DNA from: Erysipelotrichaceae bacterium
GTDB taxonomy: Bacteria > Bacillota_I > Bacilli_A > Erysipelotrichales > Coprobacillaceae
DNA: 23,963 nucleotides
Direction of reading: 5' to 3'
NCBI GenBank assembly: GCA_028698185.1
Contig: JAQVDW010000025.1
Span: forward strand, 1-23,963
Part shown: positions 14,175 to 22,922 of the stretch, one piece after another
Layout of the letters: the number at the start of each line of letters is the position of its first letter
Position numbering within the stretch: the first letter of the stretch is position 1
Program-made: the position numbers and the translations under genes
The notes under the pieces: model-generated
Told to the model about the DNA's origin: nothing
Seen by the model: the letters and a program-made list of their open reading frames with translations, nothing else
Database searches by the model: none

Positions 14175-15134
14175 ATGGAAGAAAATAGAATTTATGATGC
14201 TTCTTCATCAATACCAGCTGATGAATTTGAGCATATCGGACAAGATATCGACAGCGCCAATGTGATTTCCAGAAAATCAATCTCTTTCTGGCAGGATGCC
14301 TGGGGACGATTGAAGTCTGACAAACTGGCGATGTTTTTCATCGTAATCCTGGTTTTGATGATCTTGGGGGCGATCATTTTCCCGATGATTTCGCCTTATA
14401 CAATTTCCGAACAACGTTTGGAATTTAAAAACATGGGATTGTTTTTCACTGGCGACACCAGCATCCACATTTTCGGGACCGATGACCTTGGTCGCGATCT
14501 ATGGGTAAGAACTTGGCAAGGCGCGCGTGTTTCATTGATGATCGCCTTTGTGGCGGTTGCGATCAATACTGTTATCGGGATCATCTATGGTGGTATATCC
14601 GGATATTTCGGTGGCATGATCGATAACGTTTTGATGCGGATTGTCGAAATCATCAATGGGATTCCATATCTTTTGATCGTTATCCTGTTGGGACTGGTGC
14701 TTGAACCGGGTATTTCCACCATCATCATCGCCTACTGTATGATCGGCTGGGTTGGTATGGCCCGCCTGGTCCGCGGACAGGTGTTGCAACTTAAACAACA
14801 GGAGTTCGTCATCGCCGCTTCGACAATGGGAGCAAGCTCGGCGCGGATCATCGCCCGTCACTTGATTCCCAATATAATTTCGGTGATTATAATTAACCTG
14901 ACCTTGTCGATTCCATCGGCAATCTTCACCGAAGCGTTCCTTTCATTCCTGGGGCTGGGAGTACCGATTCCCAACGCTTCATGGGGGATGCTTGCAAGTA
15001 CTGGAATCCGCAACTTCCAGGCTTATCCTTACCAATTGTTAATTCCCGCATTCTTCATCTCGATCACAATGTTGGCATTCAACCTGCTTGGCGATCGTCT
15101 AAGGGATGCGTTTGACCCGAAATTAAGGAGATAA
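14175..15134 (+). CDS. oppC: Peptide ABC transporter permease (OppC/DppC type)
   Basis: ATG at 14175 lies 7 nt after GGAG. The motifs are 'FWQDAWGRLKSDKLAM', 'GTDDLGRDLWVR' and 'EFVIAASTMGASSARIIARHLIPN'. Confidence 0.92.
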   Translation: MEENRIYDASSSIPADEFEHIGQDIDSANVISRKSISFWQDAWGRLKSDKLAMFFIVILVLMILGAIIFPMISPYTISEQRLEFKNMGLFFTGDTSIHIFGTDDLGRDLWVRTWQGARVSLMIAFVAVAINTVIGIIYGGISGYFGGMIDNVLMRIVEIINGIPYLLIVILLGLVLEPGISTIIIAYCMIGWVGMARLVRGQVLQLKQQEFVIAASTMGASSARIIARHLIPNIISVIIINLTLSIPSAIFTEAFLSFLGLGVPIPNASWGMLASTGIRNFQAYPYQLLIPAFFISITMLAFNLLGDRLRDAFDPKLRR

Positions 15135-15136
15135 TT

Positions 15137-16138
15137 ATGGCAAAAGTATTAGAAATAGAAGACCTATACGTTTCCTTTGACACATATGCAGGGGAGGTTC
15201 AGGCCGTCCGTGGCGTGAGCTACTCTGTCGATAAAGGTGAAGTCCTTGCCGTGGTTGGGGAATCTGGAAGTGGCAAATCAGTCACAGCCCAGACAATCAT
15301 GAAATTGAACCCGATGCCCCCGGCGCGAATCAAGTCAGGGGTACTCAAACTCAATGATCATGACATAATCGCGACAAGCGAAGAAAAAATGCAGAAGATC
15401 CGTGGAAAAGAAGTATCGATGATCTTCCAGGATCCGATGACGTCGTTGAATCCGACCATGCCGGTTGGAAAACAGATAACCGAGGCTATTCGTCATCACC
15501 AGCATCTTTCAAAAGAGGAAGCGCAGACAAGAGCAATCGAGATGCTCAAGAAGGTTCAGATTCCCAATGCGGAAAAAAGAGCCAAACAATATCCTCATGA
15601 ATTCTCAGGCGGGATGCGCCAACGGGCGATGATCGCCATGGCCCTTTCATGCAATCCTGACCTGCTTATCGCCGATGAACCGACCACTGCCCTTGATGTT
15701 ACCATCCAGGCCCAAATCATCGAATTGTTGTCGGAAATCCGCCGCGACCTGGGAACCGGAATCGTGCTTATCACTCATGACCTGGGTGTCGTTGCCTCTT
15801 TGGCTGACCGCATTGCGGTAATGTATGCCGGGCAGATCGTTGAAACCGGAACTGCGGAAGATATCTTCTACAACCCGAGCCATCCTTACACCAAAGCTTT
15901 GCTTAAGTCGTTGCCAGGCAACAACGCTTCCAAGGAAAAAGGGCTGACCTCGATTCCGGGAACGCCACCTGACCTGATCGCTCCGCCGGTAGGTTGCGCT
16001 TTTGCGCCTCGTTGCGAAAGCTGCATGAAGATCTGCCAGAAAAACGAACCGCCGGTTTACCAGATTGCCGCCGGTCATGAATCGAAATGCTGGCTGATGC
16101 ACAAAGACCACCCAAGCAAAGTGAAGGAGGACAACTAA
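15137..16138 (+). CDS. oppD: Peptide ABC transporter ATP-binding protein (OppD/DppD type)
   Basis: Walker A is 'GESGSGKS', the signature is 'FSGGMRQR' and Walker B is 'LLIADEPTTALD'. The C-terminal oligopeptide-ATPase extension carries a Cys cluster. Confidence 0.95.
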   Translation: MAKVLEIEDLYVSFDTYAGEVQAVRGVSYSVDKGEVLAVVGESGSGKSVTAQTIMKLNPMPPARIKSGVLKLNDHDIIATSEEKMQKIRGKEVSMIFQDPMTSLNPTMPVGKQITEAIRHHQHLSKEEAQTRAIEMLKKVQIPNAEKRAKQYPHEFSGGMRQRAMIAMALSCNPDLLIADEPTTALDVTIQAQIIELLSEIRRDLGTGIVLITHDLGVVASLADRIAVMYAGQIVETGTAEDIFYNPSHPYTKALLKSLPGNNASKEKGLTSIPGTPPDLIAPPVGCAFAPRCESCMKICQKNEPPVYQIAAGHESKCWLMHKDHPSKVKEDN

Positions 16139-17088
16139 TGGCTGATAAACTGTTAGAACTTAACAATCTTACCAAAACGTTCCACGTAAGCGGGGGCGAA
16201 CTGACTGCAGTCAACCATGTCAATTTCTACATCAACAAGGGTGAGACTGTCGGGCTGGTAGGGGAATCCGGTTGTGGGAAATCGACTCTGGGCCGCGTGG
16301 TCATGGGAGTCTACCAACCAACCGAAGGCGAAATCATCTATGACGGTGACCAGCTTCATATCAAGAGCGCCAAAGACCGCCTGAAATATGCGAAAAAGGC
16401 CCAAATGATCTTCCAGGATCCATATGCGTCACTCAACCCGCGGATGACTGTCGGTGATATCATTGCCGAGGGAATGGTCATTCATAAAATGTATGATGAT
16501 GCCACCCGCAAAAAAAGGGTTGCCGAACTTCTTGAACTGGTAGGTCTCAATAAGGAACATGCCAACCGTTTCCCACATGAATTCTCAGGCGGACAACGCC
16601 AAAGAATCGGGATTGCCCGCGCTTTGGCAATCGAACCGGAATTTTTGGTTTGTGACGAACCGATTTCGGCCCTTGACGTTTCAATCCAGTCACAGGTCAT
16701 CAACCTTCTGATTGATCTGCAAAAGAAACTGGGATTGACTTACCTTTTCATCGCCCATGACTTGGACATCGTCCGTTTCATTTCCGATCGTATCGTGGTC
16801 ATGTATCTCGGCCACGTGGTCGAAGTCGGGGAAGCCAACGAAGTATATGAAAAAGCGTTGCATCCGTATTCTCAAGCCTTGCTGTCGGCTGTGCCGATTG
16901 CCGATCCCCAAAAGGAACATGCCAAACAACGGATCATTTTGCAAGGGGACATCCCGTCTCCAATCGACTTGCCTAAAGGCTGCCCGTTCGTGGGACGATG
17001 CCCTAAGGCGACCGATATTTGCAAGGATGCCAAACCTGAACTGAAAGAATACACACCAGGCCATTTTGCGGCTTGCCACAATATCTAG
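16138..17088 (+). CDS. oppF: Peptide ABC transporter ATP-binding protein (OppF/DppF type)
   Basis: ATG at 16138 overlaps the oppD stop (TAATG). The motifs are 'GESGCGKST', 'FSGGQRQR' and 'FLVCDEPISALD'. The ORF-track start at 16087 lies inside oppD. Confidence 0.95.
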   Translation: MADKLLELNNLTKTFHVSGGELTAVNHVNFYINKGETVGLVGESGCGKSTLGRVVMGVYQPTEGEIIYDGDQLHIKSAKDRLKYAKKAQMIFQDPYASLNPRMTVGDIIAEGMVIHKMYDDATRKKRVAELLELVGLNKEHANRFPHEFSGGQRQRIGIARALAIEPEFLVCDEPISALDVSIQSQVINLLIDLQKKLGLTYLFIAHDLDIVRFISDRIVVMYLGHVVEVGEANEVYEKALHPYSQALLSAVPIADPQKEHAKQRIILQGDIPSPIDLPKGCPFVGRCPKATDICKDAKPELKEYTPGHFAACHNI

Positions 17089-17094
17089 ACTGAA

Positions 17095-17124
17095 AGTCCT
17101 GATCTAAAATCAGGGCTTTTTTTC
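17095..17124 (+). terminator. Intrinsic terminator of the opp operon
   Basis: AGTCCTGAT(17095-17103)-ctaaa-ATCAGGGCT(17109-17117) followed by T7. Confidence 0.75.
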
Positions 17125-17133
17125 GTCTTAAAC

Positions 17134-17147
17134 TGAAATTTCTTTCA
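17134..17147. promoter_or_regulatory. cre-like dyad TGAAATTTCTTTCA upstream of nanE
   Basis: It matches the cre consensus TGWAANCGNTNWCA at 12 of 14 positions, and both mismatches are the central CG. More TGAAA/TTTCG half-sites lie at 17159-17166 (TTTCGAAA) and 17173-17177. Confidence 0.25.
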
Positions 17148-17202
17148 AAATCCGGGGATTTCGAAAAAACCTTGAAACAAAAATCTAAGCACTTACATTT
17201 TG

Positions 17203-17231
17203 TTGAATTCTTTCTGGATGCACGGTATATT
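17203..17231 (+). promoter_or_regulatory. Promoter of the nanE-PTS-rpiR operon
   Basis: TTGAAT at 17203-17208, a 17-bp spacer, then TATATT at 17226-17231. Confidence 0.55.
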
Positions 17232-17271
17232 AGACTTGTCAAAGGAAAGGAGGCAAGGGACAACCTAACGG

Positions 17272-17958
17272 TTGACCGAGTATCATATGGAATTAGAACA
17301 AATAAAAGGAGCACTGATCGTTTCGTGCCAGGCCCTGGAGGGTGAACCGCTTCATTCAAGCGAAATCATGGCCCGAATGGCATTGGCGGCAAAACAGGGA
17401 GGTGCCAAAGGAATCCGGGCGCAGTCGAAGGATGATATCCTGGCGATTCAAGAAACGGTGGATTTACCGATCATCGGGATTGTCAAAAGGAATTATCCCG
17501 GCAGTGAAGTCTATATCACCCCGACAAAAAAAGAGGTGGCCGAACTGCTGGAAACCAGATGCGAAATCATCGCCCTGGACGCCACTGCAAGAAGGCGACC
17601 TGATGACGAAAAAATCGGGGATCTGGTGGCAATGATCCATGACCATGGCCGCCTGGCTATGGCCGACTGTTCCACTTTTGAGGAGTGTGCCAGTGCCGCA
17701 AGGATGGGATTCGATATCGTGTCGACGACCCTTTGTGGCTATACAGGCTATTCGCAATTGATCGACGGTCCTAATTACGAACTGCTCAAACGCTGTGTCG
17801 AGCAACTGGATGTGCCTGTCATCGCCGAGGGCAAAATCCACACACCTGAACAGCTCAAGCGGGTTTATGAGGAATGTGGCGTTTATAGCGCTGTCGTGGG
17901 CGGGGCTATAACCCGGCCTAAAGAAATCACTCAAAGATTTGTAGAAAAACTTAAATGA
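17272..17958 (+). CDS. nanE: N-acetylmannosamine-6-phosphate 2-epimerase
   Basis: The motifs 'LIVSCQALEGEPLHSSEIMARMALAA..GGAKGIRA', 'LPIIGIVKR', 'IALDAT' and 'VVGGAITRPKEITQRF' are highly characteristic of NanE. The start is ambiguous. TTG at 17272 lies 18 nt after GGAGG and 11 nt after AAGGGA. ATG at 17287 has no SD. Confidence 0.9.
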   Translation: MTEYHMELEQIKGALIVSCQALEGEPLHSSEIMARMALAAKQGGAKGIRAQSKDDILAIQETVDLPIIGIVKRNYPGSEVYITPTKKEVAELLETRCEIIALDATARRRPDDEKIGDLVAMIHDHGRLAMADCSTFEECASAARMGFDIVSTTLCGYTGYSQLIDGPNYELLKRCVEQLDVPVIAEGKIHTPEQLKRVYEECGVYSAVVGGAITRPKEITQRFVEKLK

Positions 17959-17975
17959 TTCAGGGAGGAGATAAT

Positions 17976-19478
17976 ATGTTTAAGACTTTACAAAAAATTG
18001 GAAAATCATTCATGCTGCCAATCGCAATTTTACCTGCCGCAGGTCTGCTTTTGGGGATAGGGGGAGCTCTTTCCAATGAAACTACAATCAATGCCTATCC
18101 CATCTTGAATTCGCCGCTGCTTCAGGCGATATTCAAAATCATGGCGGCAGCCGGATCGGTTGTATTCGCCAACTTGCCACTTCTTTTATGTATCGGGCTT
18201 TGTGTTGGTTTGGCAAGAAAAGACAAGGGTGTTGCCGCTTTGGCTGGTGTTGTCGGTTATTTGATCATGACCGGAACCATCAGCGCCATGCTTTCGATCT
18301 TCAATCCTGAAGGCAATGCGATTGATACCGGAGTTGTCGGAGCGTTGGCGATGGGGGCCATCGCAGTTATGCTTCATAACCGTTACCGCAATATCGAACT
18401 GCCCCGTTTTTTGGGATTTTTCGGTGGTTCAAGATTTGTGCCGATCATCACTTCGTTGGCGGCGATCGTATTAGGAAGCGTGTTTTACATCGTCTGGCCA
18501 CCGTTGCAAGGCGCTCTTGTATCGGCAGGGACTGTGATTGCAGCCACCGGGCCGATCGGTACGTTCTTCTATGGTTTCCTGATGCGTCTTTGCGGCGCAG
18601 TTGGGCTCCACCATATGATTTATCCGATGTTCTGGTACACTGAACTGGGAGGAACTGAAGTTGTGGCCGGACAGACAATTGTCGGAGCTCAAAAAATCTT
18701 CTTTGCCCAATTGGCCGATCCCAACCATATAGGCTTGTTTACCGAAGGAACAAGATTCTTTGCCGGACGTTTTTCAACAATGATGTTCGGGCTGCCAGCG
18801 GCCGCCCTGGCGATGTATCACTGTGTCAAAAAAGAAAAACGCAAACTTTTTGCCGGAATCTTCTTCAGTGTGGCTTTGACTTCATTCCTTACCGGAATCA
18901 CTGAACCGCTTGAATACATGTTCCTGTTCGTTTCACCGGTCCTTTATGTTGTCCATGCCTTTTTGGATGGGGTGTCTTTCTTTATAGCCGATATTCTAAA
19001 TATTTCAATCGGGAACACTTTCTCAGGAGGGTTCATCGACTTCACATTGTTCGGTATTTTACAAGGAAATGCAAAAACGAACTGGCTTATTGAAATTCCA
19101 TTTGGACTTATCTGGGCGGCGTTATACTACTTCGTTTTCAAATTCGCAATCTTGAAATTCAACATCATGACTCCAGGGCGCGCGGATGACGATGAGGATG
19201 TTCCTGTGGCCACTGCGCAGCAGCAATCCTCACTTCACGAAGAAGCGTTAGAAATATTGGCGGCGCTCGGTGGCGAAGAGAACCTTGAGGACGTGGACGC
19301 GTGCGTGACCAGACTTCGTGTGAGTGTCAAGGATGTCAACAAGGTCGACAAAGAAAAGCTCAAAGCAATGGGGGCGACCGCGGTATTGGAAATCAAAGGC
19401 GGAATCCAGGCAATTTATGGCGCAAAGGCGATTCTATATAAAAATGCCATCAATGACATACTGGGAATTGAAGATTAG
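17976..19478 (+). CDS. PTS transporter subunit EIICB, glucose/GlcNAc family (no EIIA domain); probable amino-sugar specificity
   Basis: ATG at 17976 lies 5 nt after GGGAGGAG. The N-terminus 'MFKTLQKIGKSFMLPIAILPAAGLLLGIGG' is typical of EIIC-Glc proteins. The C-terminal EIIB motif is 'DACVTRLRV'. The ORF-track ATG at 17955 overlaps the nanE stop and has no SD. Confidence 0.9.
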   Translation: MFKTLQKIGKSFMLPIAILPAAGLLLGIGGALSNETTINAYPILNSPLLQAIFKIMAAAGSVVFANLPLLLCIGLCVGLARKDKGVAALAGVVGYLIMTGTISAMLSIFNPEGNAIDTGVVGALAMGAIAVMLHNRYRNIELPRFLGFFGGSRFVPIITSLAAIVLGSVFYIVWPPLQGALVSAGTVIAATGPIGTFFYGFLMRLCGAVGLHHMIYPMFWYTELGGTEVVAGQTIVGAQKIFFAQLADPNHIGLFTEGTRFFAGRFSTMMFGLPAAALAMYHCVKKEKRKLFAGIFFSVALTSFLTGITEPLEYMFLFVSPVLYVVHAFLDGVSFFIADILNISIGNTFSGGFIDFTLFGILQGNAKTNWLIEIPFGLIWAALYYFVFKFAILKFNIMTPGRADDDEDVPVATAQQQSSLHEEALEILAALGGEENLEDVDACVTRLRVSVKDVNKVDKEKLKAMGATAVLEIKGGIQAIYGAKAILYKNAINDILGIED

Positions 19479-19521
19479 CATGGTTTAGCGGTATAATGTC
19501 TTCAAGGAGATGATAACTTCC

Positions 19522-20316
19522 ATGTACACTGAAGACATTATACCCGCCATCATCGATAAGTATGATTATTTCACCAAGGTCGAGAAGGTGATAGCGGATT
19601 ATTTCATCAACAACCGCACCAAATCGGATTTCTCGATCAAGGTGATGAAGGAAAGACTGTTTGTTTCCGAGGCTTCACTATCGAGGTTTGCCAAAAAGCT
19701 TGGATTCAGGGGATACCGGGAGTTTGTATACCAGTACGATAAGGTATTCGAGCAAGACAAAGAAGTACTGAGTGCGAATACGACATTGAGTATCTATAAC
19801 GATATCCTTTCCCGCTGTCCCGAATATATCGATGATACGCTTATCGGGAATGTGGCCGCCCTGTTTGACCAGGTTGGGCACATCCTGGTTGTGGGCATCG
19901 GAAGTTCGGGATTGGCCGGTGAGGAGATGAAGCGAAGGTTCATCCGGCTGGGTGTCGCGATTGATTGCATCGACCAGAGCGATCTGATGAAGATGTCCTC
20001 GATATTCCAGGACGAAAGATCCCTGGTCATCGGGATATCGGTCAGCGGCCAAAAAAAGGAGATAATCTTCACTTTGAAACAGGCGCACAAACAGAAGGCC
20101 AAAACGGTGCTGATAAGTGCTGGCAAGAATCGTTATGATTTTGTCGATTACAAGTTGAGAATACCCTCGATGGCCAACCTCGACAACGGCAATCTGATTT
20201 CGCCCCAGTTTCCGGTGATGGTGATCATCGATCTGCTTTACAGCGCCTATTTGAATCTCAATAAGAACAAGGTGCTTTTGCATAAGTTGACGGTTGAGAC
20301 ACTGGAAGAACAGTGA
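19522..20316 (+). CDS. RpiR/MurR-family transcriptional regulator (HTH_6 + SIS domain)
   Basis: 'FTKVEKVIADYFINN' and 'ASLSRFAKKLGFRGYREF' form the HTH. 'ILVVGIGSSGLAGEEM' and 'LVIGISVSGQKKE' form the SIS domain. The start is ATG 19522 or ATG 19510, and GGAG at 19506-19509 abuts the latter. Confidence 0.88.
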   Translation: MYTEDIIPAIIDKYDYFTKVEKVIADYFINNRTKSDFSIKVMKERLFVSEASLSRFAKKLGFRGYREFVYQYDKVFEQDKEVLSANTTLSIYNDILSRCPEYIDDTLIGNVAALFDQVGHILVVGIGSSGLAGEEMKRRFIRLGVAIDCIDQSDLMKMSSIFQDERSLVIGISVSGQKKEIIFTLKQAHKQKAKTVLISAGKNRYDFVDYKLRIPSMANLDNGNLISPQFPVMVIIDLLYSAYLNLNKNKVLLHKLTVETLEEQ

Positions 20317-20351
20317 GAATTTATTCGATGGAATGTGGTTGTCACGACAGA

Positions 20352-20388
20352 AAAAAACCTTAGTCATTGTGATTTGACTAAGGTTTTT
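20352..20388. terminator. Bidirectional intrinsic terminator between the convergent rpiR and small membrane protein genes
   Basis: AACCTTAGTCA(20356-20366)-ttgtgatt-TGACTAAGGTT(20375-20385) gives an 11-bp stem. It is flanked by A7 upstream and T5 downstream. Confidence 0.8.
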
Positions 20389-20389
20389 G

Positions 20390-20659
20390 TTATGCTTTTT
20401 TGCGGCCTTTTACAGCGACGGATAATATGGTCAATAGGGCGATAGCCCCGATAGTGTAGAAGCGGTATTGTTCAAACGGGAAAGTGTATTTGCCGCTAAG
20501 CAATCCGATCTTATTGATAAGTATGGTCAAGGCCGATCCCGACGCGAATGCGGCGATGGCGAGCGCAATAGCCTTCACCAATTTATTGAACAGGTCGGTG
20601 AATAAAATCAACCCGAAAATTACAACGAATAGAATAAAGCAATATATGACAAAATTCAT
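20390..20659 (-). CDS. Hypothetical small membrane protein (3 predicted TM helices)
   Basis: ATG at 20659 lies 7 nt after AGGAGG. The 89-aa protein is hydrophobic ('FVIYCFILFVVIFGLILF', 'AIALAIAAFASGSALTILI', 'FYTIGAIALLTILSVAV') with a basic C-terminus. No family was recognised. Confidence 0.65.
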   Translation of the reverse strand: MNFVIYCFILFVVIFGLILFTDLFNKLVKAIALAIAAFASGSALTILINKIGLLSGKYTFPFEQYRFYTIGAIALLTILSVAVKGRKKA

Positions 20660-20779
20660 GATATTTCCTCCTGATGTCTCTAAATAAAGTAACACAAAAC
20701 ACGGGGAAAATCAATAAAAATCATGGTCATTGCCAAAAAAGAATGGTATTATAAACTTAAGTATCAGGAGGGCTGAACA

Positions 20780-21760
20780 ATGAGATTGCTTACTGTGTGG
20801 ATCCCAAATGGGGATTACTTGATGGGGAAATTGGATGTCTTGGAAACGCTGTACCGGTTCAATGACAGGATTCAGGTCATTGTCACTTGCCAGGATATCC
20901 AGGAATTCATGGCAAAAAATGAGATCATCAAAAAGTTTGATGACTACCATTTTATCGACAGGATCTCCCTGATCGATGTCAAACCGCTGGTCAGCGGCCT
21001 TTATTTCAAAATAATCTACGGACAGGATTCGTTGAATCTCCACAGCTTCGAGGAGCTGCTAAAGACGGTCGAATCATTTGTGCGGACCCAAAAATCAGTC
21101 GATCTTTTTGTGAATGATTACAGCATCCGCAACCATGAGAAAATCGCCGTCGTTTCCTATCGGAAAAACTTCAAGGAAGATGACATCACCAATTGGTACG
21201 AGACCAAGGGGCTGTCAAAAAAATACATTCCCGTTGCCGCATTGACTTTCAAAAGCGAGCTGCTCAACAAGACAGTCAACGATTGCCACAGCAATATCGA
21301 ACGGGGCAACATGCTGATCACCTTGTTGACCTTCATCAAAAGCGAGCGTCTCTATTATCTCAATGAATGTGTCTACAACCACAACGATCTCAACATCATG
21401 AGCTTCGATTCGATTGTCATCTACAACTCGACCGATGAGGAGCATAATTTCATCGACAACCTGGTCGCGGTTTCGAGCTTCGACGTCAGTCCGATCAAAT
21501 CGCGCAAGCTCAAGAGTTATCTGCTCAACCAGTACATAATGATGATGTACGCCTATCTGCTCAAACTTGGAAGCGAGCAAGACGTCGATGTCCAGGCCAT
21601 CCGTTATTATGTCGTTGGGGCCATCAAGAACAAGGAGTTGCAGCAGTTTTTGAACAACAAGAGATCACGCAATTTTCTTGATTCCCTCACTTCCAAAAAC
21701 AAGATGCAAAAGGCTTTGAGCATGCACAAGCTAAAACAGTATTTCAATCTCATTGTATAG
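20780..21760 (+). CDS. Hypothetical protein with a GT-A (family-2 glycosyltransferase)-like layout but degenerate catalytic motifs
   Basis: ATG at 20780 lies 7 nt after AGGAGGG. It resembles GT2 enzymes colinearly. 'LLTVWIPNGDY' aligns with 'vSvIIPvYN', and 'IQVIVTCQD' with 'ieIIvVDDGS'. 'YFKIIYGQDSL' aligns with 'yi.FlDsDD', and 'VDLFVNDY' with 'aDivicdy'. 'ERGNMLITLLTFIKSERLYYLNECVYNH' aligns with 'yEDl.f...l..akki.yi.e.lY.Yr'. This is a pattern match by eye only. Confidence 0.6.
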   Translation: MRLLTVWIPNGDYLMGKLDVLETLYRFNDRIQVIVTCQDIQEFMAKNEIIKKFDDYHFIDRISLIDVKPLVSGLYFKIIYGQDSLNLHSFEELLKTVESFVRTQKSVDLFVNDYSIRNHEKIAVVSYRKNFKEDDITNWYETKGLSKKYIPVAALTFKSELLNKTVNDCHSNIERGNMLITLLTFIKSERLYYLNECVYNHNDLNIMSFDSIVIYNSTDEEHNFIDNLVAVSSFDVSPIKSRKLKSYLLNQYIMMMYAYLLKLGSEQDVDVQAIRYYVVGAIKNKELQQFLNNKRSRNFLDSLTSKNKMQKALSMHKLKQYFNLIV

Positions 21761-21781
21761 GAAAGAAGCAAAATCACAGAT

Positions 21782-22870
21782 ATGACTAAATACAAAAACT
21801 ATATCCACATTTTTATCACCGGGATCGCCTTGATCCTGTTCTACAAGTCGTTCGACTACAATGTCTTCGGCACGATTTTCGATGTGCTGACGCCCCTGAT
21901 AGTCGGAGCGGTCATGGCCTACTTCCTGCAGCCACTGGTGAGCTTCATCGACAACTTTTTGATGCGCAGGATCCATCCCAAGAACCGGCGGCTGAATTAC
22001 CTTCTTGCGGTGTTTGCGGTATTCATCCTGATCATCGTACTGATCAGTTTGACGATGAGCTACATCCTGCCGGCGGTAGTCAATTCAATCATAAATTTCA
22101 CATCGAACATCAATACATATGTCGCCGGATTGGAGAAGATCATTTTGGATCTTACCAACGATCCGGGCATGGTCTCCCTGGCTTTGTATTACCTGGATGA
22201 AATGGTCAACACAATGGCCGGATTTGCGAGCAGCAATATCGCCGGTGTCGCGAGCATCGCTTTTGCGACCAGCTCGACCATCTTCACCGCATTGCTGGGG
22301 ATAATCCTGATTCCCTACTTCCTGGTTGAAAAGGACAAGCTCAGGTCGATCGGGATGCGGCTTCTTGGCCTGTTTTTCAAGCCGGAGCAGGTGGATGTGA
22401 TCACCGGTTATCTGCATAAATCGCATATAATTTTCGGGCGGTTCATCTATGGCAAATTCATCGATTCTTTGATTATCGGTATCATAACCATGGTCATTTT
22501 CATGATCCTCGACATTCCTTTCGCCTCGCTGATGGCGTTGATTGTCGGAGTCACGAACATGATTCCTTACTTCGGCCCGTTTATCGGGGGAATCCCGGTT
22601 GTCATTGTCACATTGATGGTTCAGGGTGCGGTGCCGGGCGTTATCGCGGCTTTGGCGGTTCTGGCAATTCAGCAGTTCGACGGGCTGATCCTAGGGCCCA
22701 AGATCCTGGGCGATACAGTCGGAGTCTCGCCTTTCTGGGTGATCGCATCGATCACGTTCTTTGGCGGCCTATGGGGCTTTGTCGGGATGTTTCTGGCGGT
22801 GCCTTTGATTTCGATTATGCAGATGCTTTTTAGAGATTTGATCATATATCGCAGGGAGCGTCAAAAATGA
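21782..22870 (+). CDS. AI-2E family transporter (PerM/YdiK, UPF0118)
   Basis: 362 aa with about 8 TM helices and the signature 'TNMIPYFGPFIGGIPVVIV'. It starts 21 nt after the preceding CDS with no terminator between them. The SD is weak. Confidence 0.85.
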   Translation: MTKYKNYIHIFITGIALILFYKSFDYNVFGTIFDVLTPLIVGAVMAYFLQPLVSFIDNFLMRRIHPKNRRLNYLLAVFAVFILIIVLISLTMSYILPAVVNSIINFTSNINTYVAGLEKIILDLTNDPGMVSLALYYLDEMVNTMAGFASSNIAGVASIAFATSSTIFTALLGIILIPYFLVEKDKLRSIGMRLLGLFFKPEQVDVITGYLHKSHIIFGRFIYGKFIDSLIIGIITMVIFMILDIPFASLMALIVGVTNMIPYFGPFIGGIPVVIVTLMVQGAVPGVIAALAVLAIQQFDGLILGPKILGDTVGVSPFWVIASITFFGGLWGFVGMFLAVPLISIMQMLFRDLIIYRRERQK

Positions 22871-22880
22871 CGCTTTTTTT
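22857..22880 (+). terminator. Intrinsic terminator after the AI-2E transporter gene
   Basis: AGCGTCA(22857-22863)-aaaa-TGACGCT(22868-22874) followed by T7. The stop codon lies in the 3' arm. Confidence 0.75.
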
Positions 22881-22922
22881 CCGGATAAATCCGGCCTGCA
22901 TGTCTGTTTGTAAGGGGGATTT

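Noticed and set aside
19678-20367. 229-aa ORF on the minus strand covering the whole RpiR gene
   Set aside because: It lies antisense to a CDS with clear HTH_6 and SIS motifs. It has no SD, its start sits inside the terminator region, and its composition (rich in L/V/I/D/Q) is typical of a shadow ORF opposite a codon-biased gene.
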